Below are positions 1 to 9,548 of a DNA stretch of 64,000 bases, one piece after another. Source of the DNA: Candidatus Nanohaloarchaea archaeon (lineage in GTDB: Archaea > Nanohalarchaeota > Nanosalinia > Nanosalinales > Nanosalinaceae); the NCBI GenBank assembly GCA_041640035.1, contig JBEQBC010000001.1, forward strand, positions 204,111 to 268,110. Direction: 5' to 3'. The position numbers and the translations under genes are program-made. A model generated the notes under the pieces. It ran no database searches. It worked only from the letters and a program-made list of their open reading frames with translations, and was not told the origin of the DNA. The stretch's first letter is position 1; each line of letters opens with the position of its first letter.

Positions 1-1
1 A

Positions 2-214
2 CATGATTTCCGTGAAAAGATAGAAGATCTGGATTTCAGTGAAGAGCAGCTGAAGTACCTGAACCTTGTCTTCTATGTACCGGCTCCAGAGGAGGAGCAA
101 GTTGAGGAAGCAATCCAGGAAGGAAAGAGAAGAGCTGAAAAACTAGAGGATTTATCTGATGAGACCAATGTGGATCTGTTTGATGAGTACAGGGAGAGAG
201 TTTTGAGTGACTGA
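2..214 (+). CDS. 3' end of a hypothetical protein (partial), apparent paralog of 36629..37243
   Basis: Open frame from the window edge to TGA 212-214: ...LKYLNLVFYVPAPEEEQVEEAIQEG...RVLSD*. Confidence 0.7.
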   Translation, partial: HDFREKIEDLDFSEEQLKYLNLVFYVPAPEEEQVEEAIQEGKRRAEKLEDLSDETNVDLFDEYRERVLSD

Positions 215-271
215 AGTTACTTTCAAAACAGTTCACGGGGAAAACGGTTACAGAGGTATTCAAAAAATACT

Positions 272-1750
272 ATGTCACAGGAACTCGGAATAACGGTCAA
301 GAAAGACCAGGACCCTTCTGAATGGTACACACAGGTAGTCAAAAAAGCAGATCTAGCGGATTATGCACCGGTCAAAGGATGCATGGTCATCAAACCGTAC
401 GGAATGAAACTATGGGAATCAATTAAAGAGGACTTCGACTCCAAGATACAGGACACAGGAGTTGACAACGCATACTTCCCATTATTCATACCGGAAAGCT
501 ACCTTGAGAAAGAAAGCGATATTGTAGAAGGATTTGATCCCGAAGTTGCCTGGGTAACTCACGGCGGTAACAAAGAATTGGAAGAACGCCTGGCTGTACG
601 CCCAACAAGCGAGTCAATCATCGCACCTTTCATGAGCGACTGGATCCGCAGCCATCGAGACCTTCCCATGAGGCTTAATCAATGGGCGAATGTGGTTCGA
701 TGGGAGGCAACCGACACAAGGCCGTTCCTCCGTACCAGAGAATTCCTCTGGCAGGAAGGGCATACTGCTCACGCGTCCGAGGAAGGTGCTGACGAGGAGA
801 CAATGCTACGGCTTGAACAGTACCGAGAAGTAATCGAAGACCACCTCGCAATCCCATCAATTCTAGGATACAAGCCAGAGCACGACAAGTTCCCTGGAGC
901 AAAATATACTACAACTATCGAAACCCTGATGCCGGACGGAAAAAGCATCCAGTCAGGAACAAGTCATCAATTAGGTCAGCACTTTGCAGAAGCCTTCGAT
1001 ATAACATACGAGGGAAGAGATAGCAACGAGAACACTGCATGGACCACAAGCTGGGGACTATCCACCCGTACAATCGGAGCACTCATCATGGCGCATGGAG
1101 ACGATGACGGTCTTCGACTCCCTCCAAGCATCGCACCAAAACAGGTCGTAGTAGTACCTATCTTCCAGGAGGACAACAAGGAGGAAGTAATGGATTATGC
1201 GGAAGAAGTCTCAGATAGTCTTGAAGAACAGGGTGTTCGTGTGGAGTTTGATTACAGAGAGCATCGTACCCCTGGCTACAAGTTCAATGAGTGGGAGCTG
1301 AAGGGAGTGCCTCTCAGGGTAGAGGTCGGACCGAACGAGATGGAAGATGAAGCAGTTACAACTGTGAGACGAGACACCGGAGACAAGGAGATGGGTCTCG
1401 ATCGTGAAGAGTTCATAGAAACTGCAGAAGAAACTCTCGACGACATCCAGGAGTCAATGTACAACGAACTGGAAGAATACCTTGAAGAAAACATTCGAGA
1501 AGCAGAATCTAAAAACGAGATCCTTGCCACCATCGGCAAGAACCGGGGATATGTCAAAACCCGATGGTGCGGAGACGAAGAATGCGAAGAAGAAATCAAA
1601 GACGAAGTCAGTGCGGAGATCGTCGTACTACCATTCCAGGAAGACTCCAAACCAGCCACCATCCAGGATGAGGATGAAGAGATCGACGGCGAATGTAGCA
1701 TCTGCGGAGAAGAAGCAGAACGCTGGGCATACTTCGCAAAGAACTACTGA
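272..1750 (+). CDS. proS: Prolyl-tRNA synthetase (archaeal/eukaryotic type)
   Basis: RPTSE, VRWE..TRPFLRTREFLWQEGHT, TSWGLSTR motifs; C-terminal Zn domain ending FAKNY. Confidence 0.97.
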   Translation: MSQELGITVKKDQDPSEWYTQVVKKADLADYAPVKGCMVIKPYGMKLWESIKEDFDSKIQDTGVDNAYFPLFIPESYLEKESDIVEGFDPEVAWVTHGGNKELEERLAVRPTSESIIAPFMSDWIRSHRDLPMRLNQWANVVRWEATDTRPFLRTREFLWQEGHTAHASEEGADEETMLRLEQYREVIEDHLAIPSILGYKPEHDKFPGAKYTTTIETLMPDGKSIQSGTSHQLGQHFAEAFDITYEGRDSNENTAWTTSWGLSTRTIGALIMAHGDDDGLRLPPSIAPKQVVVVPIFQEDNKEEVMDYAEEVSDSLEEQGVRVEFDYREHRTPGYKFNEWELKGVPLRVEVGPNEMEDEAVTTVRRDTGDKEMGLDREEFIETAEETLDDIQESMYNELEEYLEENIREAESKNEILATIGKNRGYVKTRWCGDEECEEEIKDEVSAEIVVLPFQEDSKPATIQDEDEEIDGECSICGEEAERWAYFAKNY

Positions 1751-1792
1751 ATTTCGATATATTTTTTATTCTTTTCTTCTATCAATAGCCTA

Positions 1793-3364
1793 ATGGAGCT
1801 AGGAGAGAAATTGGATGTGCGTTTGGCTTGGAATAAGACCAAATTTGCTTATGGAGATCGTTCATTTGTTGATAGCCCTTATTTTGTAGATTTGTTGAAC
1901 GAAAATCGAGGTGAGTGGTTATCTCGCGTAGAAGAAGACTTAAATCAAGGTTATAATACGAACAATTCTAGAATTGCTGATATGCCTAAAGGAAATTTCC
2001 ATGTGCGTCCTGTCTCTATATTAAAAATTTCTGACTCTTTAATTTACTCTGCTCTTTTAGTTGAGTTACATGAGGATATTGCTGAAACAATTAGTTGGTC
2101 GGAGGGAATCTATAGATATTCGCATATATTAAAACAAGATATAGAGGACAAGAAATGGCTTGAATACTATTATGATTATTGGCAAAGTTGGAATGATAAA
2201 TCTCGCCGATTGATATCTGAGGATTATAACTATGTGGTTTTCAGTGATGTAGCTGGTTTTTATGAGAATATTTCAATTAAACGGTTAATTTCAGATCTTA
2301 GGCAAATATCAGATAAGGATGAGGTTATTAACCAGCTGAGAGATTGTCTCCAAACTTGGGCAGAGCCTAGAAACTCTGGAATTCCGCAAGGTTATTATCC
2401 TTCGGATATACTCGCCGAAGTATATCATAACTCTATAGATAAACGGCTTAGTAATAATGGATATAAGTTCCTGAGATACAATGATGATTTGAGAATATTT
2501 ACGGAGACCAAAGAGGAGGCAAAATTAGCTCTCAAATATTTATCTAACTTATATAGGGAGAAAGGCCTTAATTTGCATTCTGCGAAGACTTCTATTCTGG
2601 CAAAAAATAAAGCTGAGAAAAGAATAGATGAAGTGGATGACAATATTAAGAAAATCCAGGAAGCTCAGGAAGCGACAGAAATTGACTGGGATGCTGAATG
2701 GGAAGAAGTCATTAGTTATGGGGATGAATCTAAGGAGAATGAAGAACGAAAAGAGGATAAGAGACCTAGCCAAGATTTGGTTGAAGATGCCTTCAAAAAG
2801 TTCTATATTGATGACGAAGAGGAGGGCAATAAGCATTTATTCCGGTTCTTGGTTAGCAATCTAGGTTATCACAAGAGCCAAACTGGAGTGGAATATTGTA
2901 TAAACCATATTAAGGAGGGGAGGAGAGATATATCAAAAATATTAGAGGGTTATTTTTCTGAGTTAGATAATAAAAAAGATATTGGAGATATGCTTGCGGA
3001 AATGCTGGCTAATGATGAGCTAATTTACTCTTATCAGACTTATTATATTGTAAGATGGTTATTTGAAGAAGAAATTAGATCTGAAAAAATACTTACTGCT
3101 ATAAGATCGTGCTTAGATAAAGCTAAGATGCAGGAAACTCGGAATTATTGTATCGCGTATCTTGGTGAGTTTGGAGATAATTCAGATCTTGATAAAATTC
3201 AAAAGGAATATCACGAGGAAATAAGCCCAGTTACTAAATCCATTATTGTTATCGCTCTATATAGAATGGAGAAGTCTCGCAGAAATGCATTTTATGGGAG
3301 AATAGAAGATGATCATGAATTTGTCCGGTATGCTATCGAAAAAGCTAAAAATAAAAGTCACTAA
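1793..3364 (+). CDS. Reverse transcriptase, UG/Abi-like, with C-terminal helical region
   Basis: RT motifs PKG..RP, SDVAGFYENI, GIPQG, RYNDDLRIF, GLNLHSAKT; visibly AT-rich versus flanks. Confidence 0.9.
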   Translation: MELGEKLDVRLAWNKTKFAYGDRSFVDSPYFVDLLNENRGEWLSRVEEDLNQGYNTNNSRIADMPKGNFHVRPVSILKISDSLIYSALLVELHEDIAETISWSEGIYRYSHILKQDIEDKKWLEYYYDYWQSWNDKSRRLISEDYNYVVFSDVAGFYENISIKRLISDLRQISDKDEVINQLRDCLQTWAEPRNSGIPQGYYPSDILAEVYHNSIDKRLSNNGYKFLRYNDDLRIFTETKEEAKLALKYLSNLYREKGLNLHSAKTSILAKNKAEKRIDEVDDNIKKIQEAQEATEIDWDAEWEEVISYGDESKENEERKEDKRPSQDLVEDAFKKFYIDDEEEGNKHLFRFLVSNLGYHKSQTGVEYCINHIKEGRRDISKILEGYFSELDNKKDIGDMLAEMLANDELIYSYQTYYIVRWLFEEEIRSEKILTAIRSCLDKAKMQETRNYCIAYLGEFGDNSDLDKIQKEYHEEISPVTKSIIVIALYRMEKSRRNAFYGRIEDDHEFVRYAIEKAKNKSH

Positions 3365-3424
3365 TTTTACCGCTTAACTCTAATTGCTTTTGATTCTTAA
3401 ATCTCAGGTCTCATTTACGACTTT

Positions 3425-4693
3425 GTGATACTCAAAAACATCCGATACCTGGTTACTCAGAACCGTGAAAGGGAGATTTTGGAGAATGTTGACATCTTGA
3501 TTAGTGGTTCTGAGATTGCTGCGATCGGAAGAGATATTCCGGAAGGCAATCACGAAGTCCTTGACTGCAGTGATAAGGTTGTTATGCCGGGTTTGATTAA
3601 TGCTCATACTCATGCTTCTATGACTCTTTTGCGTGGTATCTCCGACAATAAGGAACTGCAGGAGTGGCTTGAACAGGATATCTTTCCTGCGGAAGAGAAA
3701 CTGGATGAGACTGATGCGTATGTAGGTTCTCTCTTGGCTTCGATAGAGATGCTTGAAACCGGTACCACTACTTTCAACGATATGTATGATAATATGGATC
3801 AGGTAGCTGAAGCAGTGGATCAGACCGGTATCCGTGCGGTTCTTGGAAGAGGACTGATGGATATGGATGGAGAAATCGAGGAAAGAATGGAGGAAGCAGT
3901 TGACCTGGTGGAGAACTACAGTAGTCATGAGCGGATCACTGCCTGTTTCGCACCTCACGCCGTATACACTGCTTCAGAACAGCTTTTACTGGAGGCCAAG
4001 GACTGTGCAGAAATATTCAACACGCCGTATCACATACATGTATCTGAGACAGAGCAGGAGAAGCTTGATGCTATGGAGGAACAGGGAGAAACACCTCTCG
4101 AATACTTGGACCAGCTCGGACTCGTAAATGATGATTTAGTAGCTGCTCACGGTGTCTGGCTCACTGAAACAGAGAAAGAATTACTTGAGAACCAGGGCGG
4201 AAATGTGGTACACAATCCTGCAGCTAATCTCAAACTGGGAAGCGGTATCGCAGATGTACCCGATCTACTCAACCGAGGGATAAATGTAGCTCTGGGAACA
4301 GATGGAGTAGCATCCAACAACAACCTGAACCTTTTCGAGGAAGCCAAGCTAACATCTATCCTTCATAAGAGAGGTTCTCCTGAGGATATCGATGAGCAGC
4401 AAGTCCTTGATATGGCGACGATCAACGGAGCGAAAGCATTAGGAATCAATGATCAAGTAGGTTCTATCGAACTAGGTAAACAAGCTGATCTGATAACGAT
4501 AAGTCTTGATAAGCCGTCGATGAATCCGGTTCACGGGGAAAGAGGATTGATATCCAACCTTGTGTACTCCTTCAGCGGCGATGTAGATGAAGTGATTGTG
4601 AACGGTGATCTTAAAGTGAAGAACGGAGAAGTTCAAACTGTTAAGAAAGATAGGATAGTTGAAGAGGCTTCCTCCCGTTCCAGCAAGTTCTAG
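3425..4693 (+). CDS. Amidohydrolase, MTA/SAH deaminase-like
   Basis: PGLINAHTH, HIHVSET, AHGV, ALGTDG motifs. Confidence 0.88.
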   Translation: MILKNIRYLVTQNREREILENVDILISGSEIAAIGRDIPEGNHEVLDCSDKVVMPGLINAHTHASMTLLRGISDNKELQEWLEQDIFPAEEKLDETDAYVGSLLASIEMLETGTTTFNDMYDNMDQVAEAVDQTGIRAVLGRGLMDMDGEIEERMEEAVDLVENYSSHERITACFAPHAVYTASEQLLLEAKDCAEIFNTPYHIHVSETEQEKLDAMEEQGETPLEYLDQLGLVNDDLVAAHGVWLTETEKELLENQGGNVVHNPAANLKLGSGIADVPDLLNRGINVALGTDGVASNNNLNLFEEAKLTSILHKRGSPEDIDEQQVLDMATINGAKALGINDQVGSIELGKQADLITISLDKPSMNPVHGERGLISNLVYSFSGDVDEVIVNGDLKVKNGEVQTVKKDRIVEEASSRSSKF

Positions 4694-5748
4694 TAATTTC
4701 TGAGGAACTCCTTGATAATTCTCTCAAACTTTTGCATACTCTGCTTTAAAATGTACTCTTCGTCGCCATGAATTCCACCACCTTTTGGACCCATTACAAC
4801 GCTGGGTACATCTTGTTCCGAGAAATGCCGCATATCACTCGCTGCAGTCTTCCTCTCCAAGACAGCTTCACTCCTTTCTGAAGCGATATCCAAGAGTTTC
4901 TGAACATTCTGATCTTCTCTATCAGTTTTCAGCTTCGGATCAACATGAGTCATATCCCATTCAAGCCCCTCTATTTCACTCAAGTCCTCTCTGATCTCTT
5001 CAGGACTATACTCCTCAGTATATCTGATATCCAGCCCTGCTTCAGCCTCATCCGGGACCACATTCATCGCACCCGGCGATTCAAAGTATCCAAGGTTGAC
5101 AGTTGTCGTCCATTCTCCTTCCTCGTTCCTGAAGTTCTCTCTGAACTCGGAGTATTTGCTCCACAGCTTTTCAGCAGCGTTTTCACCATTCCAAGGCTGC
5201 GATCCGTGCGCATTATCCCCCTTGGCTTTTAGTTTCAGCCGGATTACTCCTTTCTGATCTGTGACTATCTGCATCTCGTTTTCGCTGGAGTTAGGTTCAG
5301 CGCTTAACGCAAATTCAGGGCTGTATTCCTTTGCGAGTGGTTGCGCGCCGTCGAAACCACCGATTTCCTCATCTGAAACAATCATCAGACCTACTGATCC
5401 AAGTTGATTCTCTTCTGATAGTTCTTTGACTGCTTTCATGAGGCATGCAAGCCCTGATTTCATGTCTGCTGCGCCTCTGCCGTAGATTTTTTCCTCGTCC
5501 TCTGAAGGTTCGAACATTTCCTCATTGGCATCTACCACATCTAGATGGCCGTGAAGCAAGACATCTGGGTCTTCCTCCGTGGATATGACCATAGTTGTGT
5601 GTCCATTTATCTCATGGCGGCGTATATCCAAATCTGTGTTGCTGAAGTAGTTCTCTATGTATTGGAATCCTCTTTCGAACTCTTCTGTGTTTTCTTTGAC
5701 TGTTCTGAATTTGACAAGGCTTTTCGTGATCTGTTCCAAGCTTTCCAT
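4690..5748 (-). CDS. M20 metallopeptidase/deacylase (ArgE/DapE family)
   Basis: HGHLDVV, YGRGAADMK, SDEEIGG, AHGS motifs and C-terminal H. Confidence 0.9.
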   Translation of the reverse strand: MESLEQITKSLVKFRTVKENTEEFERGFQYIENYFSNTDLDIRRHEINGHTTMVISTEEDPDVLLHGHLDVVDANEEMFEPSEDEEKIYGRGAADMKSGLACLMKAVKELSEENQLGSVGLMIVSDEEIGGFDGAQPLAKEYSPEFALSAEPNSSENEMQIVTDQKGVIRLKLKAKGDNAHGSQPWNGENAAEKLWSKYSEFRENFRNEEGEWTTTVNLGYFESPGAMNVVPDEAEAGLDIRYTEEYSPEEIREDLSEIEGLEWDMTHVDPKLKTDREDQNVQKLLDIASERSEAVLERKTAASDMRHFSEQDVPSVVMGPKGGGIHGDEEYILKQSMQKFERIIKEFLRNY

Positions 5749-5752
5749 AATT

Positions 5753-6931
5753 TTACACCTCTAATGCCTGTGAAGTACCGTAATCTGTATCTTCCTCTGC
5801 ATCGCTGTACGGTATGCCGGCTTCATCCATGAATTCGGCAGCTTCGTTTACAAACTGTTTGACATATGTCTCATCGGATGGACGGTACTGAAGTTCTAAG
5901 GCGTCACGGTTTTCATCTCCTGACTCCAGTTTTCCAGGGTTGAATCCTGCGTACTCGAACCCGAGATCATGTAGTTGCTGGGCTGCATCCATACCTGCTG
6001 GACTGTTCGCATCAAGCGATATTCCTACCCAGAAGTCGTCGCCTTCGGAGATATCTCTCTGGGCATCGACTATTTCACCGAGCACATCGTCCCAGGTGTA
6101 GTCACCGTCTTCATCCGCTACAACTGATACCTCAGCGAAGTTCATAGGATCATCTTCTGGTTTATCGACTGCCTTGGACTCAACACTGTACCTCTGATCT
6201 TCCCTACTTTCTGATTCGTTGAGAACATCTCTGGTGATATCTTCCAGGCTCTCATCTCTTTTATCTTCAATATTATCCAGTGCTGAGTTAACCAGGCTTT
6301 CGGCTTCTTCCGGCGTGTAGACCTCTTCCTGGTCGTTCTCTATACGGCTGTCGGCCCAGAGCATATCCACGACTGTTACTCGGCCTTTTCCTTCGTAGGC
6401 AATCGGGAACTTCTTGTCGTAGACACCTGTTACAGCGAAGTCGTGTTTATCGGCTGTATGTTGTGTGGCTGCGGATTTATCCGCCAGCAACTGTGTATTA
6501 ACTAGGTCTACAGCACCTTGATCCTTTAGCTGAGCGGCTGCATCAAGTCTTTCCTCGAAAAGCCTGTCGTATACGCCCTGTCCTTCAGGTGTACTGCTTT
6601 CCCGGTACTCAGGTACTATTATAGTTGAACCTAGTTCCGCAAGGTTTTCATGGAACTTGATGGCTCCGGCTCCGACAAAATCACGGTTATCTTCGTTTTC
6701 AACCGCCCATAGCATTTCTTCAGGCGGATCTTCAGGATCTACCTGTTCTGGCATCTCTTCAGTGAACTCTTCGAGTGCTTCTGTGTCTACATATTTTCCG
6801 TAGTATTTGACATATTCGTCGTTGAATGCTTCTACTATTTTTTCTGCGTGCTGTGTTTCAGCTGTCTGTATATCCGGTTCTACGGAATCGTGTTGCGTGG
6901 CGTCGTTCTGTGCGTTGTTCTGTATTGACAT
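5753..6931 (-). CDS. Divergent GNAT-family acyltransferase, probably two GNAT-like domains
   Basis: AELGSTIIVPEYR...GQGVYDRL acetyl-CoA-binding-like motif; later LGFEYAGFNP. Confidence 0.6.
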   Translation of the reverse strand: MSIQNNAQNDATQHDSVEPDIQTAETQHAEKIVEAFNDEYVKYYGKYVDTEALEEFTEEMPEQVDPEDPPEEMLWAVENEDNRDFVGAGAIKFHENLAELGSTIIVPEYRESSTPEGQGVYDRLFEERLDAAAQLKDQGAVDLVNTQLLADKSAATQHTADKHDFAVTGVYDKKFPIAYEGKGRVTVVDMLWADSRIENDQEEVYTPEEAESLVNSALDNIEDKRDESLEDITRDVLNESESREDQRYSVESKAVDKPEDDPMNFAEVSVVADEDGDYTWDDVLGEIVDAQRDISEGDDFWVGISLDANSPAGMDAAQQLHDLGFEYAGFNPGKLESGDENRDALELQYRPSDETYVKQFVNEAAEFMDEAGIPYSDAEEDTDYGTSQALEV

Positions 6932-7000
6932 TATTTTGTCTTAATCACCTGTTGAGAAAGCGGTTCACCCATTTTGGAAATTATAGTTGGGAAAACCGAT

Positions 7001-7069
7001 TCAGAAGCTATAGAAGTAGAAATAGCTGGAGCTACTCATCAAAGATGCAGATAGAGTGTTTCCAGCCAT
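7001..7069 (-). CDS. Putative leader peptide MAGNTLSASLMSSSSYFYFYSF (22 aa)
   Basis: ATG 21 nt after TATA-like TTTAATTA (7091-7098); hairpin 6961-6998 after the stop, then AGGTGA SD of the GNAT gene. Confidence 0.6.
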   Translation of the reverse strand: MAGNTLSASLMSSSSYFYFYSF

Positions 7070-7135
7070 ACCCAAGATGTTACCCGGTGATAATTAAATA
7101 CCTTTTGACTAAGGGAAAGAAGAAAAGGAAGGATA

Positions 7136-7891
7136 TCATCCCTGTTTTCTGGCTTTGAAACCTACCATATCATCATATCCTGTCGTTGACATCAACACAG
7201 GGTAGAAATCTTCATCTGCCTTCAGCTTGTCTCCTGGTTTCTCGGCGTATGTTTCTCCTTTCTGTACTTTCTGGAAGTTCTCCTTCATGAACTGATATCC
7301 GCTGCCCTGAACAGTCTCGTATATCCGGTACTTCTCAGGGTTCCTCTGTTTGACTTCTCCAGGAAGAACATCATTCGCCATCAGGAAGTTCTTCAGCACC
7401 GAGTAAGCGTTCCTGATCGTCTTTTCCGAACGCACATATCCACATTCAACAGCAATCCTATCACATCCGGGTATCTGATGACTGTAAGCTTCCTCGATGC
7501 TCACCGCTTTATCCACGCCAAGGTTCCTCAACTGTTTACTGGAGAAGTCCGAGCCTTCAGTCTCCAGTCCGAACGCCTCCGGATGTGAGAAAGAGGAGTG
7601 TATGTCCAAAACTTTCTTTCCTCTGATCTCTTCTTCGATTTTCCTGGCCAGTTCCTTTTCATGAGTGTCCTCTGAGTCTGTGCTCCAGACACGGTTGAGG
7701 TCGTCTTCCAGCTGGCTTCTACCCTTGCTGTATGCTTTCTCGTTCGCGAATACGAACTTGACAGGTTTCTGAACTTCAATGTCTCGATGCATCAGTCTTT
7801 CTACTGCCAGTTTGCCGCATGGTTCGTTTCCGTGTACGCAGTACATGACCGCGTGTTCAGGTTCGCCTTCTCCCAGTTTCTTTACCTTCAT
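7136..7891 (-). CDS. Succinylglutamate desuccinylase/aspartoacylase family (M14-like) hydrolase
   Basis: HGNE, DLNR, LDIHSS, AVECG motifs; ATGA overlap with the upstream gene. Confidence 0.88.
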   Translation of the reverse strand: MKVKKLGEGEPEHAVMYCVHGNEPCGKLAVERLMHRDIEVQKPVKFVFANEKAYSKGRSQLEDDLNRVWSTDSEDTHEKELARKIEEEIRGKKVLDIHSSFSHPEAFGLETEGSDFSSKQLRNLGVDKAVSIEEAYSHQIPGCDRIAVECGYVRSEKTIRNAYSVLKNFLMANDVLPGEVKQRNPEKYRIYETVQGSGYQFMKENFQKVQKGETYAEKPGDKLKADEDFYPVLMSTTGYDDMVGFKARKQG

Positions 7892-9339
7892 TGTAACTCC
7901 CTCTCTGCATCGTATGCCGTCAGGTTTCTAGTCATGTAAGCTACCTGTCCGGCATCATCCAAGGCGTTTTCAAGCTCGGATAAAGCTACTTCTCTACCTG
8001 CTACTTCTTCGAATAGTTCCTGGTTACGGTCGTAGAACTGTTCTAGGCTTTCTACATCGAACTTCTCCGATCCACGGTTCACATTCAGGTTGTCATCGTC
8101 GTCTGAAACTCTCGCAATATATGAAGCAGTGTCTGGTTCTCCGTTGGATACTATCAGTGGTACGAAGTCGATTGGACCGCCGTCAGCTTCAACTATGTGG
8201 TATTTATCGCCGTCCATCTCTGTGGTTCCTGCAGCAGCTTGCTCCATTACTGCGTAATCCGTATCTCCACGGCTATAGAATCCCTCTTCTCCTACCAGGT
8301 CTATATCTCCTCTGTTTGATTTCTCTGAGACTCTGGCGGACTCACTGTCAATCATCACATCCACATAGTCCTGGATATTATCTGAAGCGTTTTGCCCGTC
8401 AAGAAGCGCTCTCCCGCTGTATTCTCCTTTCACGAACTGTCTCTGCACTGCGGTCTGAAAATCTTCGTAGTCGAATACGACGATGCTGTCTCCCCAGCTA
8501 CCCATTGGATCAGTCTTCAGTACAACTGATTCTCCATCCTGGAAACTGTCCTGAACCATCTCGTAGATCTCTTCTCTGCTCTCCACTGTCTGTGCATCTA
8601 CTGCCTGCGCCTGATCGAACCCCTGCACCACGGAGTTGGCTTTATCCATCAACGCGGGTTTCTGTGTCTCTTCAAGTCCGGAGTTCCATACTGCTGTAGG
8701 AGCATTCACGATATTTCCTAATGCAGCCGGCTCAGAGATTCTTTCTGTAAGGTTTTCTCCTCGATCACTCAGATTGATACATCCATCAACGGTTCTACCA
8801 TCATACACAATCTCGCCCTCTATATCTTCGATGTTCCGTCCGCCGTATGTCAGATGAACAGTTTCTACACCTTCTGCATCAGGAATACCTGAGAGACCAG
8901 AGCTTCCATATTCGGCTCCTTTTGCAAGATTCAGTTTCTCCTCTATCAGCCATTCCTCGCTCAATCCAAGTTCTCTTATCTGACTGCTGAAACCGTCATC
9001 TTGAGGATCAGGTAGTTCCTCTGCTGTAACGAGGCCTTCATCGCCGGTGAAAGCGTATTCGGGCAGGTTTACAACTATCTCGCCGTTGACCTGTTCAGTC
9101 AGTGCTTCTGCCACCTGGCCTGTGATATCCTCTTCTTGAAGGCTGCTGTGCTTCATCAGTCCTTCGGGGAACGCGTTGATATCTCCGACTATGACGGCTT
9201 CGTATTGGTCCCTGTCCTCGTTGTATGCCAGTTTGGTGTCAGCGCTTGTCAGCGCCGAAGCCTCCAGATTTTCTGTTCTGGTTTCTGGTGCGTCCGGTTC
9301 CAGAGCTTCTTCAACGCCTTTCAGTTTTCCGGCGCTCAT
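7888..9339 (-). CDS. Divergent ATP-grasp (RimK-like) ligase
   Basis: MDK, VVLKTDPMGSWGDSIVV (cf. VVLKP..GSxG.GV), VMEQ, IARVS...NVNRG; paired with an AstE-like hydrolase as in known rimK operons. Confidence 0.6.
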   Translation of the reverse strand: MSAGKLKGVEEALEPDAPETRTENLEASALTSADTKLAYNEDRDQYEAVIVGDINAFPEGLMKHSSLQEEDITGQVAEALTEQVNGEIVVNLPEYAFTGDEGLVTAEELPDPQDDGFSSQIRELGLSEEWLIEEKLNLAKGAEYGSSGLSGIPDAEGVETVHLTYGGRNIEDIEGEIVYDGRTVDGCINLSDRGENLTERISEPAALGNIVNAPTAVWNSGLEETQKPALMDKANSVVQGFDQAQAVDAQTVESREEIYEMVQDSFQDGESVVLKTDPMGSWGDSIVVFDYEDFQTAVQRQFVKGEYSGRALLDGQNASDNIQDYVDVMIDSESARVSEKSNRGDIDLVGEEGFYSRGDTDYAVMEQAAAGTTEMDGDKYHIVEADGGPIDFVPLIVSNGEPDTASYIARVSDDDDNLNVNRGSEKFDVESLEQFYDRNQELFEEVAGREVALSELENALDDAGQVAYMTRNLTAYDAERELQ

Positions 9340-9470
9340 AGAGCTCTGTACCTGCCTTTGTTTCCGTTAGAAGGTTTTGAATTGCGGCGTTGGGTTGCGT
9401 TTGCGTAGTTCTGTTTAATTGTTTGATCACCTTGTAGAAGTACGAGTAAGTCTATATTCGGAGACTTACT

Positions 9471-9548
9471 CTATTTCATAAACTCAAAGAAAAAGCTGAA
9501 GCTGCCACTAAAGTTCTGAATGTCAGATTCTTGGCAGCCTGTAGACAT
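9471..9548 (-). CDS. Putative leader peptide MSTGCQESDIQNFSGSFSFFFEFMK (25 aa)
   Basis: ATG 24 nt after TTATTAAA (9573-9580); perfect 10-bp hairpin 9444-9471 begins at the stop codon. Confidence 0.62.
   Translation of the reverse strand: MSTGCQESDIQNFSGSFSFFFEFMK

Noticed and set aside
1751-3424. RT as part of a group II intron, retron or DGR
   Set aside because: Flanking intergenic space is only 42 and 60 nt; I saw no intron domain V, msr-msd inverted repeats, TR/VR repeat pair or avd gene. This was by eye only.
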